Positions 19,787 through 29,719 of a stretch of DNA of 64,000 bases are shown here, piece by piece (position 1 is the stretch's first letter; every line of letters starts with the position of its first letter). The stretch covers positions 1,952,001-2,016,000 of the forward strand of contig OY761159.2 in assembly GCA_963664395.2 (NCBI GenBank), read 5' to 3'. This DNA comes from Candidatus Binatia bacterium (GTDB taxonomy: Bacteria; Desulfobacterota; Binatia; Bin18). Below the pieces are notes generated by a model. It saw only the letters and a program-made list of their open reading frames with translations. It ran no database searches and was not told the origin of the DNA. Position numbers and translations under genes: made by a program.

Positions 19787-20797
19787 CTATTGGAACCGAG
19801 GCATAATTTTTTGGGCGAAGGTTTGCAGCACCTGGGCCGGGTCGCCGGTCAGCGGGCCAAGAAAAATTTTCTTGACCCCGGCCTCGGCTGCGCGCTCGAC
19901 TTGATCGATACAGTCCTGGGGCGTCCCCGCGATGGCGAAGCGTTCGGCCAAATAGTCCTTCAGGCCCAGTTCATCAACCATCTGGGCGTGAAATCGCTCG
20001 GCGCCGAGCAGTTCGTGTTCATGCGGACGGTAGGCAGCCTTGAGTTTTTCAATCGGCTCCCACAGTTCGGCAGGAATACGCTTGCCCTCCAACGTTCGCC
20101 GAAAGGCATGATTGGCGCTCGCGGCCAGGGCCATGCGGATTTCATCCACTGCTGCCTGAGTGGTCTCAGCCACATTGGTTTTGGCAAAAAACCAGATATC
20201 CAAGTCGTCAAGTTTCCGTCCGGCAGCCTTGGCTCCAGCCTCGATACGAGTATAGGCGTCCTGCACAACTGCGGGGCTCAGTCCGCTGCCCACAATCACC
20301 CCATCGGCTAACTCGCCCGCCAACTGTAGGGTCTTTGGCCCCTCGGCACACACGTACAGCGGAACCGGCCTTTTCACCCAGACTTGGCGCACGGTTTTGC
20401 CTTGGAAGCGGGTTTCGCCAGTATAAAAGCCTTTGATCGCTTCGAGCGCTTCGCGAAACTCGGCGAGTCGAGCGGCCTTGAGACCCACGTTATACACGGC
20501 ACTGTCACCCGTCCCAATGCCAAGAAAAGCGCGCCCGTCCGACAGTTCGTTGATCGAGGCAATGGCCCCTGCCGTGACTGCGGGATGGCGGGTCAGGGGG
20601 TTGGTCACAAACGTTCCCATCCGCAGCCGCTGACTGTTCAGCGCGCATTGGGTCAAAGTCACATAACAGTCCGGCCACAGCCAGTGCGCGTCCGGTACGC
20701 CAACCATCTCAAAGCCCCAGGCTTCAATCCGGCGCACCAGCCTCGGCAGGTCAGGATAGTTATGTGCAAGAGGAATTGTTGCGAATTGAACCCGCAT
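19787..20797 (-). CDS. LLM-class (luciferase-like, Mer-type) flavin-dependent oxidoreductase
   Basis: VTNPLTRHPAVTA, LSDGRAFLGIGTGDS, GPKTLQLAGELADG; start could alternatively be 20827. Confidence 0.88.
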   Translation of the reverse strand: MRVQFATIPLAHNYPDLPRLVRRIEAWGFEMVGVPDAHWLWPDCYVTLTQCALNSQRLRMGTFVTNPLTRHPAVTAGAIASINELSDGRAFLGIGTGDSAVYNVGLKAARLAEFREALEAIKGFYTGETRFQGKTVRQVWVKRPVPLYVCAEGPKTLQLAGELADGVIVGSGLSPAVVQDAYTRIEAGAKAAGRKLDDLDIWFFAKTNVAETTQAAVDEIRMALAASANHAFRRTLEGKRIPAELWEPIEKLKAAYRPHEHELLGAERFHAQMVDELGLKDYLAERFAIAGTPQDCIDQVERAAEAGVKKIFLGPLTGDPAQVLQTFAQKIMPRFQ

Positions 20798-20933
20798 CGG
20801 CGTACAGAGTAAACGTGTCCTCTTCATGGCACAAGGCTGTTGACACGTTTTCCTTCCTTGTGGGTGTACCCTACCCGCTTCGGTTCAAGAGCACCATTGC
20901 CGGGGCTTCCCGCCTGACCTATGCTGCGTCCTC

Positions 20934-22067
20934 ATGCAGATCCGTGTGCTCACCCAATTCGAGACGACGCCGGCGCAAAGCGTGGCCACGGACCGGTATT
21001 TTCTTCACACCGTGATTGAGACGCAGCTTCCAGTCCTGCGCGTCTATACGTATCCAGATGATGTGATTCTGCTGGGTCGGTATCAGGCTGCCGGCGCACA
21101 AAGCGGAAACGTGTCAACATCTCGGGTCAGATTTGAGGACACGTTTCCGCTTTTCAGCCAAGACCCCGGTCTGACGATGACCCGGCGACTGACTGGCGGG
21201 CGGGCCTTTCCGAGTGGTAACGGGTTTATCCAATTTTCACTCATTGTGCCGCATCGTTCATTTTTCTTCTCCGCCGACCCGTACTATCTCGCGCCGTTTC
21301 AGATCCTGAATCGTTACGTCCGCGGGGTTCTGCGTGGCCTCAAAACGAGCGGGATTGAAGTCTTCTATCCGGGGCGAGATTTTCTCACTGTCCGAAGGCT
21401 GCCAATTGGCTGGCATTCGTTTATGACCGAAGAAACCGGAGCCTTGCTGTACGAAGGAGGAGTGTTTGTCCAACGGGATATGGGTCTCCTTCCCCATTTA
21501 CTTGACCGGGCCGACCCGAATGGGAGCATTCCCTGCCAGCTCTTTATGCCGGATCACGTGACCAATTTGGAAAAAGTCCTGGGACAGCCCCCCTCACAAG
21601 AGCAGGTCGTCGGTCTGCTACGACATGGATTCGCTCAGCAGTTTGGTTTAGAACCCCTCAATCGAGAGGCGCAAGAGCTGAGTGAAGACGAACAGGTAGC
21701 CATTATGGCAGAACAGGAAAAATCTGACGCGGGGCTGTCCAGCCGCCCGCGTCAATCTGCTCTGCCTTGTGTAGCAACAATGCAAACCCCACTTGGAGAA
21801 TTGCAAGTCCGGTTCTCTCTCACGCCTGAACAGACAATCCAGACAGTCAATGAAGTCCGGTTCTCGGGCGACTTCATTGCCAACCCGGCCGGGATGCAGG
21901 CGTTGGAGCACAATCTCAAAGGCTGTTCGCTGGAGCAAGAAGCACTCTGGCGGGTCATTGACCAGACATTTCTTCAGCCGGAGCATTATCTGATCGGGGC
22001 TGGGAAGTTAGAAGACGTACCCGGATTGATTAGAAGCGCTTCCTCATTATTAACGCCACTCAGATAG
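20934..22067 (+). CDS. Lipoate-protein ligase A-like protein (degenerate)
   Basis: LRVY..ILLGRYQ, RRLTGGRA, VTNL, C-terminal FSGDFI domain. Confidence 0.7.
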   Translation: MQIRVLTQFETTPAQSVATDRYFLHTVIETQLPVLRVYTYPDDVILLGRYQAAGAQSGNVSTSRVRFEDTFPLFSQDPGLTMTRRLTGGRAFPSGNGFIQFSLIVPHRSFFFSADPYYLAPFQILNRYVRGVLRGLKTSGIEVFYPGRDFLTVRRLPIGWHSFMTEETGALLYEGGVFVQRDMGLLPHLLDRADPNGSIPCQLFMPDHVTNLEKVLGQPPSQEQVVGLLRHGFAQQFGLEPLNREAQELSEDEQVAIMAEQEKSDAGLSSRPRQSALPCVATMQTPLGELQVRFSLTPEQTIQTVNEVRFSGDFIANPAGMQALEHNLKGCSLEQEALWRVIDQTFLQPEHYLIGAGKLEDVPGLIRSASSLLTPLR

Positions 22068-22070
22068 GCT

Positions 22071-22901
22071 ATGGATTATACAAGGAACGAAGCGCTACCG
22101 CTCAATCAGATTGCAGCCGGACTCCTCGCCGACGAGGACCATACCCGTCTCTCAGCGCTCGCTCTGCTTGAGTCGGAGAGAACACTAAGGTCTCTCTCGG
22201 ACGACGTGGTCCGTAACCTTCTCGCGTGTCTGGGGCATCGTACCAAAAAAATACAACGTGGTGCGGCGATCGTCCTCGTCCGCTTCGCCTCCCAACAGCC
22301 TGGCATTATCGCGGCGCTGACACACAAGCTGACGCATCCGGACGCTCGGCTGCGCTGGACCGCCGCTTTTACTCTCTCTCAGCTTGAGCTGCCGAGCCCC
22401 GCTCCTCTTCCCGTTTTGATCGAAAATCTTGGGCAGCAGGAAAGTGACCTGCGCTGGGCAGCAGCAACTGCTCTCTTGCAGCTCGCCCGGCACTATTCTC
22501 AAGACGTTGTTACTGGAATGATCCAGCTTGTGAATACAGGCAATGCCGTACAACGCCGTATGGCCCTCTACTGCCTGCGCGACCTGAAGCAAACGGATCA
22601 AGCAGCACAGGACGCCTATCTCGCCAGCCTGCACGACCAGGACCCAATGGTCCGCCTGGGTGGGTTGTCCTGTTTGGGTAAACTGCAATTGACGAGTGAG
22701 ACCATTCGCCAAGCTATTATTCAGCTTTTAGAGCAGGACCCAGACATGGGCGTTCGGCGCGCCGCGGCTGTGACCTGTGGACAGATGGGAGAGACAAGTC
22801 AGGAGATCGTCGAAGCCTTGCGCAAGAGCTGTACATCCGGCGACAAGAGCCTGAGCAGAGCCGCGACCGGAGCACTCAGGCAACTGCCGGCCGACTCGTA
22901 A
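22071..22901 (+). CDS. HEAT/PBS-lyase repeat protein
   Basis: Repeated LxxxDxxLRWxAAxxL-type units. Confidence 0.85.
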   Translation: MDYTRNEALPLNQIAAGLLADEDHTRLSALALLESERTLRSLSDDVVRNLLACLGHRTKKIQRGAAIVLVRFASQQPGIIAALTHKLTHPDARLRWTAAFTLSQLELPSPAPLPVLIENLGQQESDLRWAAATALLQLARHYSQDVVTGMIQLVNTGNAVQRRMALYCLRDLKQTDQAAQDAYLASLHDQDPMVRLGGLSCLGKLQLTSETIRQAIIQLLEQDPDMGVRRAAAVTCGQMGETSQEIVEALRKSCTSGDKSLSRAATGALRQLPADS

Positions 22902-22936
22902 CGGACTGTGGTTCTTCTTATCCTCGCAGCGCGAAT

Positions 22937-23272
22937 TCAGGTCAACGCGAACAGCGCCGTCTCGGGTGCCTTGTCGAGCACGCGGAGCAACGCCTTGGCC
23001 GCACCGGTGGGGCAACGTTTTCCTTGTTCCCAGTTACGGATCGTTTCTTGCGGCACGTCGATGCGCCGGGCGAACTCTTGCTGTGTGAATCCCAGGCGCT
23101 TACGGACGCGGCGGGCGAATTTTGCCATGTCCCGCATCGCTTCGGCATCGTCTTGGCGTTGCTGCGCAGCGATGTCCCGTTCGGTCGTCGCGTCCAGCAT
23201 TTCGTAATTGACTCGCCCCGCAGGCAGGTCTCGCCGGCGGCCGGGATCAATCTTGACGCGCGTTCTTGTCAT
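22937..23272 (-). CDS. XRE-family HTH antitoxin
   Basis: VRKRLGFTQQEFARRIDVPQETIRNWEQGKRCPTGAAKALL; overlaps the upstream toxin relic. Confidence 0.85.
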   Translation of the reverse strand: MTRTRVKIDPGRRRDLPAGRVNYEMLDATTERDIAAQQRQDDAEAMRDMAKFARRVRKRLGFTQQEFARRIDVPQETIRNWEQGKRCPTGAAKALLRVLDKAPETALFALT

Positions 23273-23528
23273 ATTCCTCGACCTCCCTCCTATTGGCTTT
23301 GCGGGCTGAAATGATACGGATGGTGGAATTCCGCACGGTAAAAATCACGACGAACACCCGGCCTTCAATCGCGCCCAACAGCCGGTAGCGATCCTCGCCG
23401 TAGTCTCGACGATAATCCCGACTCATGATCCGATTTGAATCAAGGAAAGCTCGAATGGCATAGGCGAAATCGAACCCGCGCTACGCGAAACACGCATCGC
23501 TCTTTGCGTCAGCCCATTCGAACTCCAT
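23247..23528 (-). pseudogene. brnT: BrnT-family toxin with an in-frame TAG at codon 16
   Basis: Manual translation: MEFEWADAKSDACFA*RGFDFAYA..DYGEDRYRLLGAIEGRVFVVIFTVR..IRIISARKANRREV; TAG at 23481-23483. Confidence 0.85.
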
Positions 23529-23536
23529 GAACCTAC

Positions 23537-23553
23537 GTAGGCCATTGGCCTAC
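23537..23553. promoter_or_regulatory. Putative TA operator palindrome
   Basis: GTAGGCCA-t-TGGCCTAC just upstream of the brnT start. Confidence 0.5.
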
Positions 23554-23930
23554 CGCAGGTCAACACGCAAGGGAAGTATGGATGCTCACGACAGATAGCC
23601 CATGGGCTCATTTTTCAGCAGTTCAACAATCACCTGCTGCCGGGTCTTGGGCCGCGTTTGGTTTTGTCCCTTCCCAACCAAGACAAACAGACCGCGCTTA
23701 TACGTTCCGCCGCCGTGCTGACACGTGTCCCACAACCGCTGCCACCGCTCGGGTGAGCGGACCCACTGTCTGAGGATTTTCTCTTGGTTGGTCATCCTTC
23801 CGTCTTGGCTGAATTCCGGCATGAGCGCAAGAGCCGTACCCGGAAAGTCAGGGTATGCTACGAAAGACCGCTTCCATTACGGGCAGGCTCTCCTGCTCCG
23901 TGTTAAACCAGGCTTACGGGGAAACCGGAC

Positions 23931-26456
23931 TTATGCGGTCTGCCCCTCTACACTCGGCTGTGGCGTTCCGACCAAAGCCGTTTTTTTCCCGTATACGAAG
24001 CGAGGTTTGAACGTATTCAGGATCGCCGGCAGGACGGTCATCGAAACCAAGAGACAGGCGCCCATATTCAGCGACAGCATGGCGCCCAGATAAAAATTGG
24101 GCCGAAAATTCGAGGTGAGGAAGACCAAGAAGCTCGCCGTCACAACGAGTGCATTAAAAAAGATAGCTTTGCCCGACGTCGCCATGGTGGCGGCGGTAAT
24201 CTCTTCTGGGTCCGTCAATCCAGAGCGGATTTTAATCCGGTATTTATTCAGGAAGTGGATCGTATAGTCGATGCCAATGCCAATCACCATGGAGGCGGTC
24301 AACGATTTGCCAACCTCAAGGGGAATGCCAAGGAGTCCGAGCAGCCCAAAACTGAAGACCATGACTAAACTAATCGGGATAATATTGATCAGCCCAGCGA
24401 CCCAGGAGCGAAACATAAACGCCGTCAATAAAAAGACGGCCGCCAGTGAGACGACGAGACTCGCCAGCTGCCCAGACACCACCAGTTCGCTGAAACGGGT
24501 GGTCAGATAGCCATTGCCGGCAATCCCAAGCCGAAAACCGCTGTTGGTTTCCCAACCAATAACCGTCGGCTCAATGCCAGCCAGCCAGCGTCCAAAGCGG
24601 ATAGACCACGGATCCTGTAAGCCGGCATCGGCTGTGCCGTCATCCCCTACCTGCCCAAACTCACGCACGGCAAAGTCGTGCACAATCCCAACCACGCGTT
24701 CGATGTCCTGGGTGCTATCCGACCGCAAAAATATGGTCATATTGGCGTGCTGATAGTCATAATCCACGATCTCATCAAAATCGTCCGGGTCGCCAGAGAA
24801 GGAATAGAGCAACAGGTACTGGGCGACGAGGTCTTGCGAGTCCGGAATCACTTCCATTTCGGGCCGATCCTCGTTCATCACCCGGTTCATGCGTTTGATA
24901 TACTCGGCCAACGAGAGCGACCCGCCAACGATAGGGTCTTGTTCGACGACGGTTTGGAGGCGGTCGAGTTGGGCGAGCAGCACCGGATCTTTGAGCAGAT
25001 CAGGCTGATGGCCTTCAATCGCAATATACAGCGGTAGATTGCCTTGGAAGGTCTCGCCTAAGACGGTATCCGCAATCCGCACGGGACTGTTTGGATCGGA
25101 CATCTTGATAAATGAGGTATCGACAAAAATGCGCTGCGCACCAAGCAGACACACCAGCATGACACTGGTTGTCACGCCCCACACCACGAGTGGTTTTCGC
25201 GCAACGCCGACGCCTATGCGGGAGAGCGTCCGTGCCGCCCAGCCCGTCGCCGCGAGGTCACCACTACGGCCCATTTGGGCGCGCAAGCCCCGGCCGACTT
25301 TGACTGGTAGGAGGCTCAACAGGGCCGGAAAAAAAGTGATGGAGAAGATCATCGCGGCCAAGACGCCAATGGAGGTAAAGATGCCAAAATAGCGGATCGG
25401 GAGAATGCTGGCGGTCAGGAAGGATAAAAACCCGGCCGCCGTCGTCAAGGAGGTGAAGACCACCGGTTGCCACATCTCTTGCATCGCGGCGAGGACCGCG
25501 TCGACTGAGGAAACGTCCGGATGTTGCAAGACCTCATCGTAATAGCGGCTCAGAATATGAATGCCGTTTGCCACCCCAACCGCCATCAGGATAACCGGCA
25601 TCATGGTGGAAATGGAATACATCGGAATCCCCACGGCCGCCATAATGCCTAAGGTCCAAATCACGGAGACGCCGACCACCGCCAAGGGGAGCAAGACGCC
25701 GCGCACACTCCGATAGGTAAAATACAGCGTGCCGAGGACAATCACGAGAATGAGCGGGATGAAGGTCTCCATGTCCTGCCGCATCCCCTCCTCAAAGGTG
25801 ACTTCCAGAGCGCCTTGACCCGCAATATGGAATTCCTCCGGAGCGCCGGCCGCTTTTTTCGCCTCAACCATATCCCGGATCGTCGTATAAATAGCCATCC
25901 GTCTGGCCGTGCCCTCGATAGTCCCTCCGCCGGATTCCATTTTGGCCGTGATGAGCATCCCGGTGCCGTCCTGGGAGACGATCCAATTGACGAACATCGA
26001 ATTGTGAAAGAGGGCCTGCCGTAATGCGTCGAGTGACTCGGGTGAGTGAGGCACCGTTTCCATGAACGGATCAACTGCCATGCCGTCCGCCGTACCGGTG
26101 ATATTATCGAGCGTGGCCACACTCGCCACGTCTTCATCGCGGATGGCTTTGATGCCGGGCAACAGGGCGATCTTTTCCGAGAATTCTTTGATCGTCGTGA
26201 GCGTACGCGGATTGAAGACGCCGTTTTCGTCCGGATTTTTATTCAGAACCCCGACAACAATCAGATCGCGTATACCAAAGCGCTCCTCGACCAGATCGTT
26301 ATAGCTCATGACTGGATCGTTTTGGGGAATAAAGGCGTCGGCATCGCCCTCAAAGCGCAACGACTGTAGCTGGACCCAGGCCAGACCGGTACAGCCCAGA
26401 ACAAGGCCAATGACCAAGAAACGAAAGCGGATGATCCAGCGGAAAAATGATTCCAT
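23931..26456 (-). CDS. MMPL/RND-family membrane transporter
   Basis: Two repeats of periplasmic domain plus TM bundle; TSLTTAAGFLS, GIGIDYTIH. Confidence 0.9.
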   Translation of the reverse strand: MESFFRWIIRFRFLVIGLVLGCTGLAWVQLQSLRFEGDADAFIPQNDPVMSYNDLVEERFGIRDLIVVGVLNKNPDENGVFNPRTLTTIKEFSEKIALLPGIKAIRDEDVASVATLDNITGTADGMAVDPFMETVPHSPESLDALRQALFHNSMFVNWIVSQDGTGMLITAKMESGGGTIEGTARRMAIYTTIRDMVEAKKAAGAPEEFHIAGQGALEVTFEEGMRQDMETFIPLILVIVLGTLYFTYRSVRGVLLPLAVVGVSVIWTLGIMAAVGIPMYSISTMMPVILMAVGVANGIHILSRYYDEVLQHPDVSSVDAVLAAMQEMWQPVVFTSLTTAAGFLSFLTASILPIRYFGIFTSIGVLAAMIFSITFFPALLSLLPVKVGRGLRAQMGRSGDLAATGWAARTLSRIGVGVARKPLVVWGVTTSVMLVCLLGAQRIFVDTSFIKMSDPNSPVRIADTVLGETFQGNLPLYIAIEGHQPDLLKDPVLLAQLDRLQTVVEQDPIVGGSLSLAEYIKRMNRVMNEDRPEMEVIPDSQDLVAQYLLLYSFSGDPDDFDEIVDYDYQHANMTIFLRSDSTQDIERVVGIVHDFAVREFGQVGDDGTADAGLQDPWSIRFGRWLAGIEPTVIGWETNSGFRLGIAGNGYLTTRFSELVVSGQLASLVVSLAAVFLLTAFMFRSWVAGLINIIPISLVMVFSFGLLGLLGIPLEVGKSLTASMVIGIGIDYTIHFLNKYRIKIRSGLTDPEEITAATMATSGKAIFFNALVVTASFLVFLTSNFRPNFYLGAMLSLNMGACLLVSMTVLPAILNTFKPRFVYGKKTALVGTPQPSVEGQTA

Positions 26457-26589
26457 GCTTACGATAGCTCCTTATACTTTTGACACTGACGCTTCCAAGT
26501 AGAGGCGAGAGAGAGTTCACCGCTACTAGGGCGAAGCGACACTTACCAGGAGCAGAGGAGATAAGCTATAAGCCAGGTGCGGCCGACCA

Positions 26590-26712
26590 AGGAGGCGAGC
26601 AGGGCGAAGCGTCACGAAGTGACAACACGCCAAGAAGCGCGGATCAAGGACTTCCTGCCCGGCAAAGTGACTGATCGCGGACGGACGGCGGCGGACCATC
26701 GTAATTTACCCG
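26590..26712 (+). mobile_element. N-terminal relic of an IS5-family (IS427-like) transposase
   Basis: AAGGAGG SD followed by AKRHEVTTRQEARIKDFLPGKVTDRGRTAADHR; the expected ATG reads AGG; similarity stops after about 35 aa. Confidence 0.6.
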
Positions 26713-26739
26713 CCGAGCGCGGGCGGGGATTTGGGAGCG

Positions 26740-26978
26740 CGTGCCCATTTTCTCAAACGCGGTGTCGGCCAGGTGTTGAACGGCCTTCAGGTCGCCGACA
26801 TCGCAGACCACCCCCTCTACGGCGGTGTCCGTTGCCGCTAGCTCGGCGACTGCCCGGTCTAGGGCCGACGCTTCAATATCGGCTACCACGAGTCGGACGC
26901 CGCGACTGGCCAGACGGCGGGCAGTGGCAAAGCCTATACCGCTGGCTCCACCTGTAATGACGGCGACTTTGTCGGTGT
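26740..26978 (-). pseudogene. Truncated SDR oxidoreductase
   Basis: TDKVAVITGGASGIGFATARRLA..VVADIE..CDVGD; ends before NNAG and YxxxK, next to the IS relic. Confidence 0.75.
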
Positions 26979-26988
26979 GCCACCGTGC

Positions 26989-28677
26989 CTACTCGACGAC
27001 TAGAAGTCCCTCAATAAAACGGAGATCAGCGGTCTGGATATCTATGACCAAGACCTCTTCCATTTTGTCGCGGGCGCAGGCAGCAAGGGTGCCAAGGGCG
27101 CGCAGCTCGTGTGGCGTGACTCCATAGTGCTCAGCGGCTTCTGTCTGGAACGTCTGCCACCGTTCCTCTAGTGTTGCCTGTGGAAGCTGAGCGTGAAGCG
27201 CCTGAAGCTCAGCCCGGTTCAAGGGGTGAATACTGAGCTGATTTTCGAGCACCCAACGCGCAAAGGCCGTATTCCAGAGTACGGTCAGGCTGACTCCTTC
27301 AGGCGCCTTTTCCTCGGGCAGTATTTCCCAGCGCCGGAAGACTCGGAACCAGGTCGGAATCCGGTCGAGCAACGATTCGACCTGCTGAATCTCAGACAGT
27401 TGCCCAAAGCGCCGGGACACGATTTCGCCCGGCGTCTCCAGACCAACAAAAAAAAGCGGCTCTCCGCGCTTGACCCCAGCATACATTTCCCGAAACGGCG
27501 TATCGAGATAGCTCTCCCATTCGGACAGATCGTTCTCATACAACTGCGCAGCCATGAGGCTGGCCTGATGCTGGAGCCGCTGTATCAAGCCCAGGCCGGT
27601 TTGAAAAAACGGACGGATTTGCGTCTCTTGCAGGAGCTCTCGCGCCGCGCTCTCATCTTCCTTGGCCGTATAGGCCAGGCCAATGTTGACATAGTCATGC
27701 GCCATTTCCACGCAGCGACGAATTTCGCTTACTTCTCCCGTATCGCTCGCTTCAGCCATCACAATAATATTGGTCAGATAGGCGAGTTCCCGGCCGATCT
27801 GCTCAAGTGTCTTGGGTGGCAAGCCCGCCAACGCCTGGGAAAAAAAAGACGTAGACTCAGCCAAAAGCGACAAGGCATGGTCAGGCGGAGTAATGGCGTC
27901 GTCTCCTGCTGCAAGGCGAACAGAATGGGGGATACGGTGATGCTCCTGCAACTGAATGGACTCAGGGGGAGTGAAACGAAAGAGCGCTTGGGCCTCGTCA
28001 TTCGTGGGATAGCCCCGATCTTCGAGTCGAGCCGTCCGCCAGCGGAATGCCGCCTCTTCAAGGCCACTTTCGAGTTCAAACAAGCTGTTTTCGAGCACAT
28101 ACAGATACATGCGGTAATCGAGCGTCCGTACCCGCTCAAGCAGCACATGTAAAATCGGTTCCGGCTCGCCCAGGAATCGCAGGAGGTATTGATCGTCGAA
28201 CGTAAAATATTGCGACTGGTCAAAATCGGGATCTTCCTCAACATCAGCCTTGCGGACAACCTCAAAGTGGCGTTGTATCAGGAAGACCAAGAGTTCGATG
28301 TCGGTATGCAAACACCATTCAGCGAGCTTACTACTCCCACTTTCATTGAGCAGCAGCAGCCAGTTCATCAAACGCTCGTCATCCAGCCTGTCCTTGCGCC
28401 AACAATCCAGGTCTACTATGTCACGCACTTGTTCAGGCGACGCAATCGCCAGTAGCCCGACCGCATCATGCAACCCAATCTCTTTGAACGTGTACAATAA
28501 CGTCTCAGAGGAGAGCGCCTGGGCTATAGCCAAACCATTCTTTGCAGAAAGGAGAAACTCTTGCCGCCCTTTGGCGTCAAGCCGCACCAGTTGAGCAGCC
28601 TGCTCGGAGACTGATAGTTCAGGCAGATCAATGGGGTCAGGACGCAGTACGTTCTCGGAATCTGGCATGCCTGTCAC
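26989..28677 (-). CDS. Conserved hypothetical protein (DUF6178-like)
   Basis: EIGLHDA..LASPEQV..DLDCW, ELESGLEE..RWRTARLEDRGYP; family recalled from memory. Confidence 0.65.
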   Translation of the reverse strand: MTGMPDSENVLRPDPIDLPELSVSEQAAQLVRLDAKGRQEFLLSAKNGLAIAQALSSETLLYTFKEIGLHDAVGLLAIASPEQVRDIVDLDCWRKDRLDDERLMNWLLLLNESGSSKLAEWCLHTDIELLVFLIQRHFEVVRKADVEEDPDFDQSQYFTFDDQYLLRFLGEPEPILHVLLERVRTLDYRMYLYVLENSLFELESGLEEAAFRWRTARLEDRGYPTNDEAQALFRFTPPESIQLQEHHRIPHSVRLAAGDDAITPPDHALSLLAESTSFFSQALAGLPPKTLEQIGRELAYLTNIIVMAEASDTGEVSEIRRCVEMAHDYVNIGLAYTAKEDESAARELLQETQIRPFFQTGLGLIQRLQHQASLMAAQLYENDLSEWESYLDTPFREMYAGVKRGEPLFFVGLETPGEIVSRRFGQLSEIQQVESLLDRIPTWFRVFRRWEILPEEKAPEGVSLTVLWNTAFARWVLENQLSIHPLNRAELQALHAQLPQATLEERWQTFQTEAAEHYGVTPHELRALGTLAACARDKMEEVLVIDIQTADLRFIEGLLVVE

Positions 28678-29546
28678 TCTGTTTGCGTATAGTGCTCGAT
28701 AAAAGCCAGGGCTTGGTCCCAGCCGAGCAATCCGTTGAAAACATCATTAAACGGCAGCATCTCGTGCCACGCCCCTTGCGTTGTGCCCGTCTCGCGGAGC
28801 GTCTGTAACGTCTTTTTCATGTGATACGTAGCGGCAAGGACGCTTGTCACGGGATAGATGGCAAGGCAAAAGCCGAGATCCTCAAGATCACGAGCGGGCA
28901 AGAATGGCGTCTTGCCCCCTTCAACCATGTTCACAATGAGGGGCGTAGCCGAAAATTCACGACAGACCCGCTCCATCTGTCTGACTGACTCAAACGCCTC
29001 AAAGAACAGCATATCTGCGCCGGACTCCAGATAGATAGACGCCCGTGCCATAGCATCGTCAAGTCCACTCACGGCAATCGCGTCGATCCGTGCAATGATG
29101 ACGGTGTCAGGATTCGTCCGGTTGTCCACTGCCGCCTTAATTTTGGCAGCATGCTCAGAGGCTGAGATCAAACGTTTTCCAGCCAGATGGCCGCAGCGGC
29201 GCGGCATATCCTGATCCTCAATGTGTAGACCGGCCACATCAATCCGCTCATATTCCTGGACCATGCGGACCACATTCAAGACGGAACCAAATCCCGCTTC
29301 AGCATCAGCAATAACCGGGACGCTCACCGCACGGCAGACGCCTTCGAGCTGGATAACCATCTCGGTGAGCGTCCGCATCCCAAAGTCTGGATAGCCGAGC
29401 GCGCCGGCAGAGACACCGCCGGAGTAATACACCAGCGGAAATCCGGCTTCTTCGACAAGCCGGGCAGAAATAACGTCATAGGCACCTGCGGCCATGAGAA
29501 ATTGGTCCTGGGAGAGCAGTGTTCGGAGAGATTGAGCCTGGGCCAT
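28674..29546 (-). CDS. Isocitrate lyase/PEP mutase family enzyme (PrpB-like)
   Basis: GAYDVISA, DAEAGFG, HIEDQ..RRCGH, IIARIDA, NMVEGGKTP. Confidence 0.9.
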   Translation of the reverse strand: MAQAQSLRTLLSQDQFLMAAGAYDVISARLVEEAGFPLVYYSGGVSAGALGYPDFGMRTLTEMVIQLEGVCRAVSVPVIADAEAGFGSVLNVVRMVQEYERIDVAGLHIEDQDMPRRCGHLAGKRLISASEHAAKIKAAVDNRTNPDTVIIARIDAIAVSGLDDAMARASIYLESGADMLFFEAFESVRQMERVCREFSATPLIVNMVEGGKTPFLPARDLEDLGFCLAIYPVTSVLAATYHMKKTLQTLRETGTTQGAWHEMLPFNDVFNGLLGWDQALAFIEHYTQTE

Positions 29547-29719
29547 GGAAATAGAAACTCCTTACAAATAGCGCTATGGAGGGACATGAGTATCCGAAGG
29601 GCTATTTCTGACATGCTCGGTTCACTTGTCAAGGGAGGAAGGCAAACGGCCGGCCTCTTGCTTTTCAATGCCGAGTCAGCAACAAGGGCAAGAAGAGGGA
29701 ATCACAAGGAGGGAATCGT

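Noticed and set aside
23481-23483. Amber recoding (pyrrolysine or an alternative genetic code) in brnT
   Set aside because: Other genes here end normally at TAG and no pyl genes are in the window; simple inactivation is more parsimonious
23586-23822. 78-aa ORF upstream of brnT
   Set aside because: No motif or clear SD; cannot be distinguished from a spurious ORF or decayed fragment
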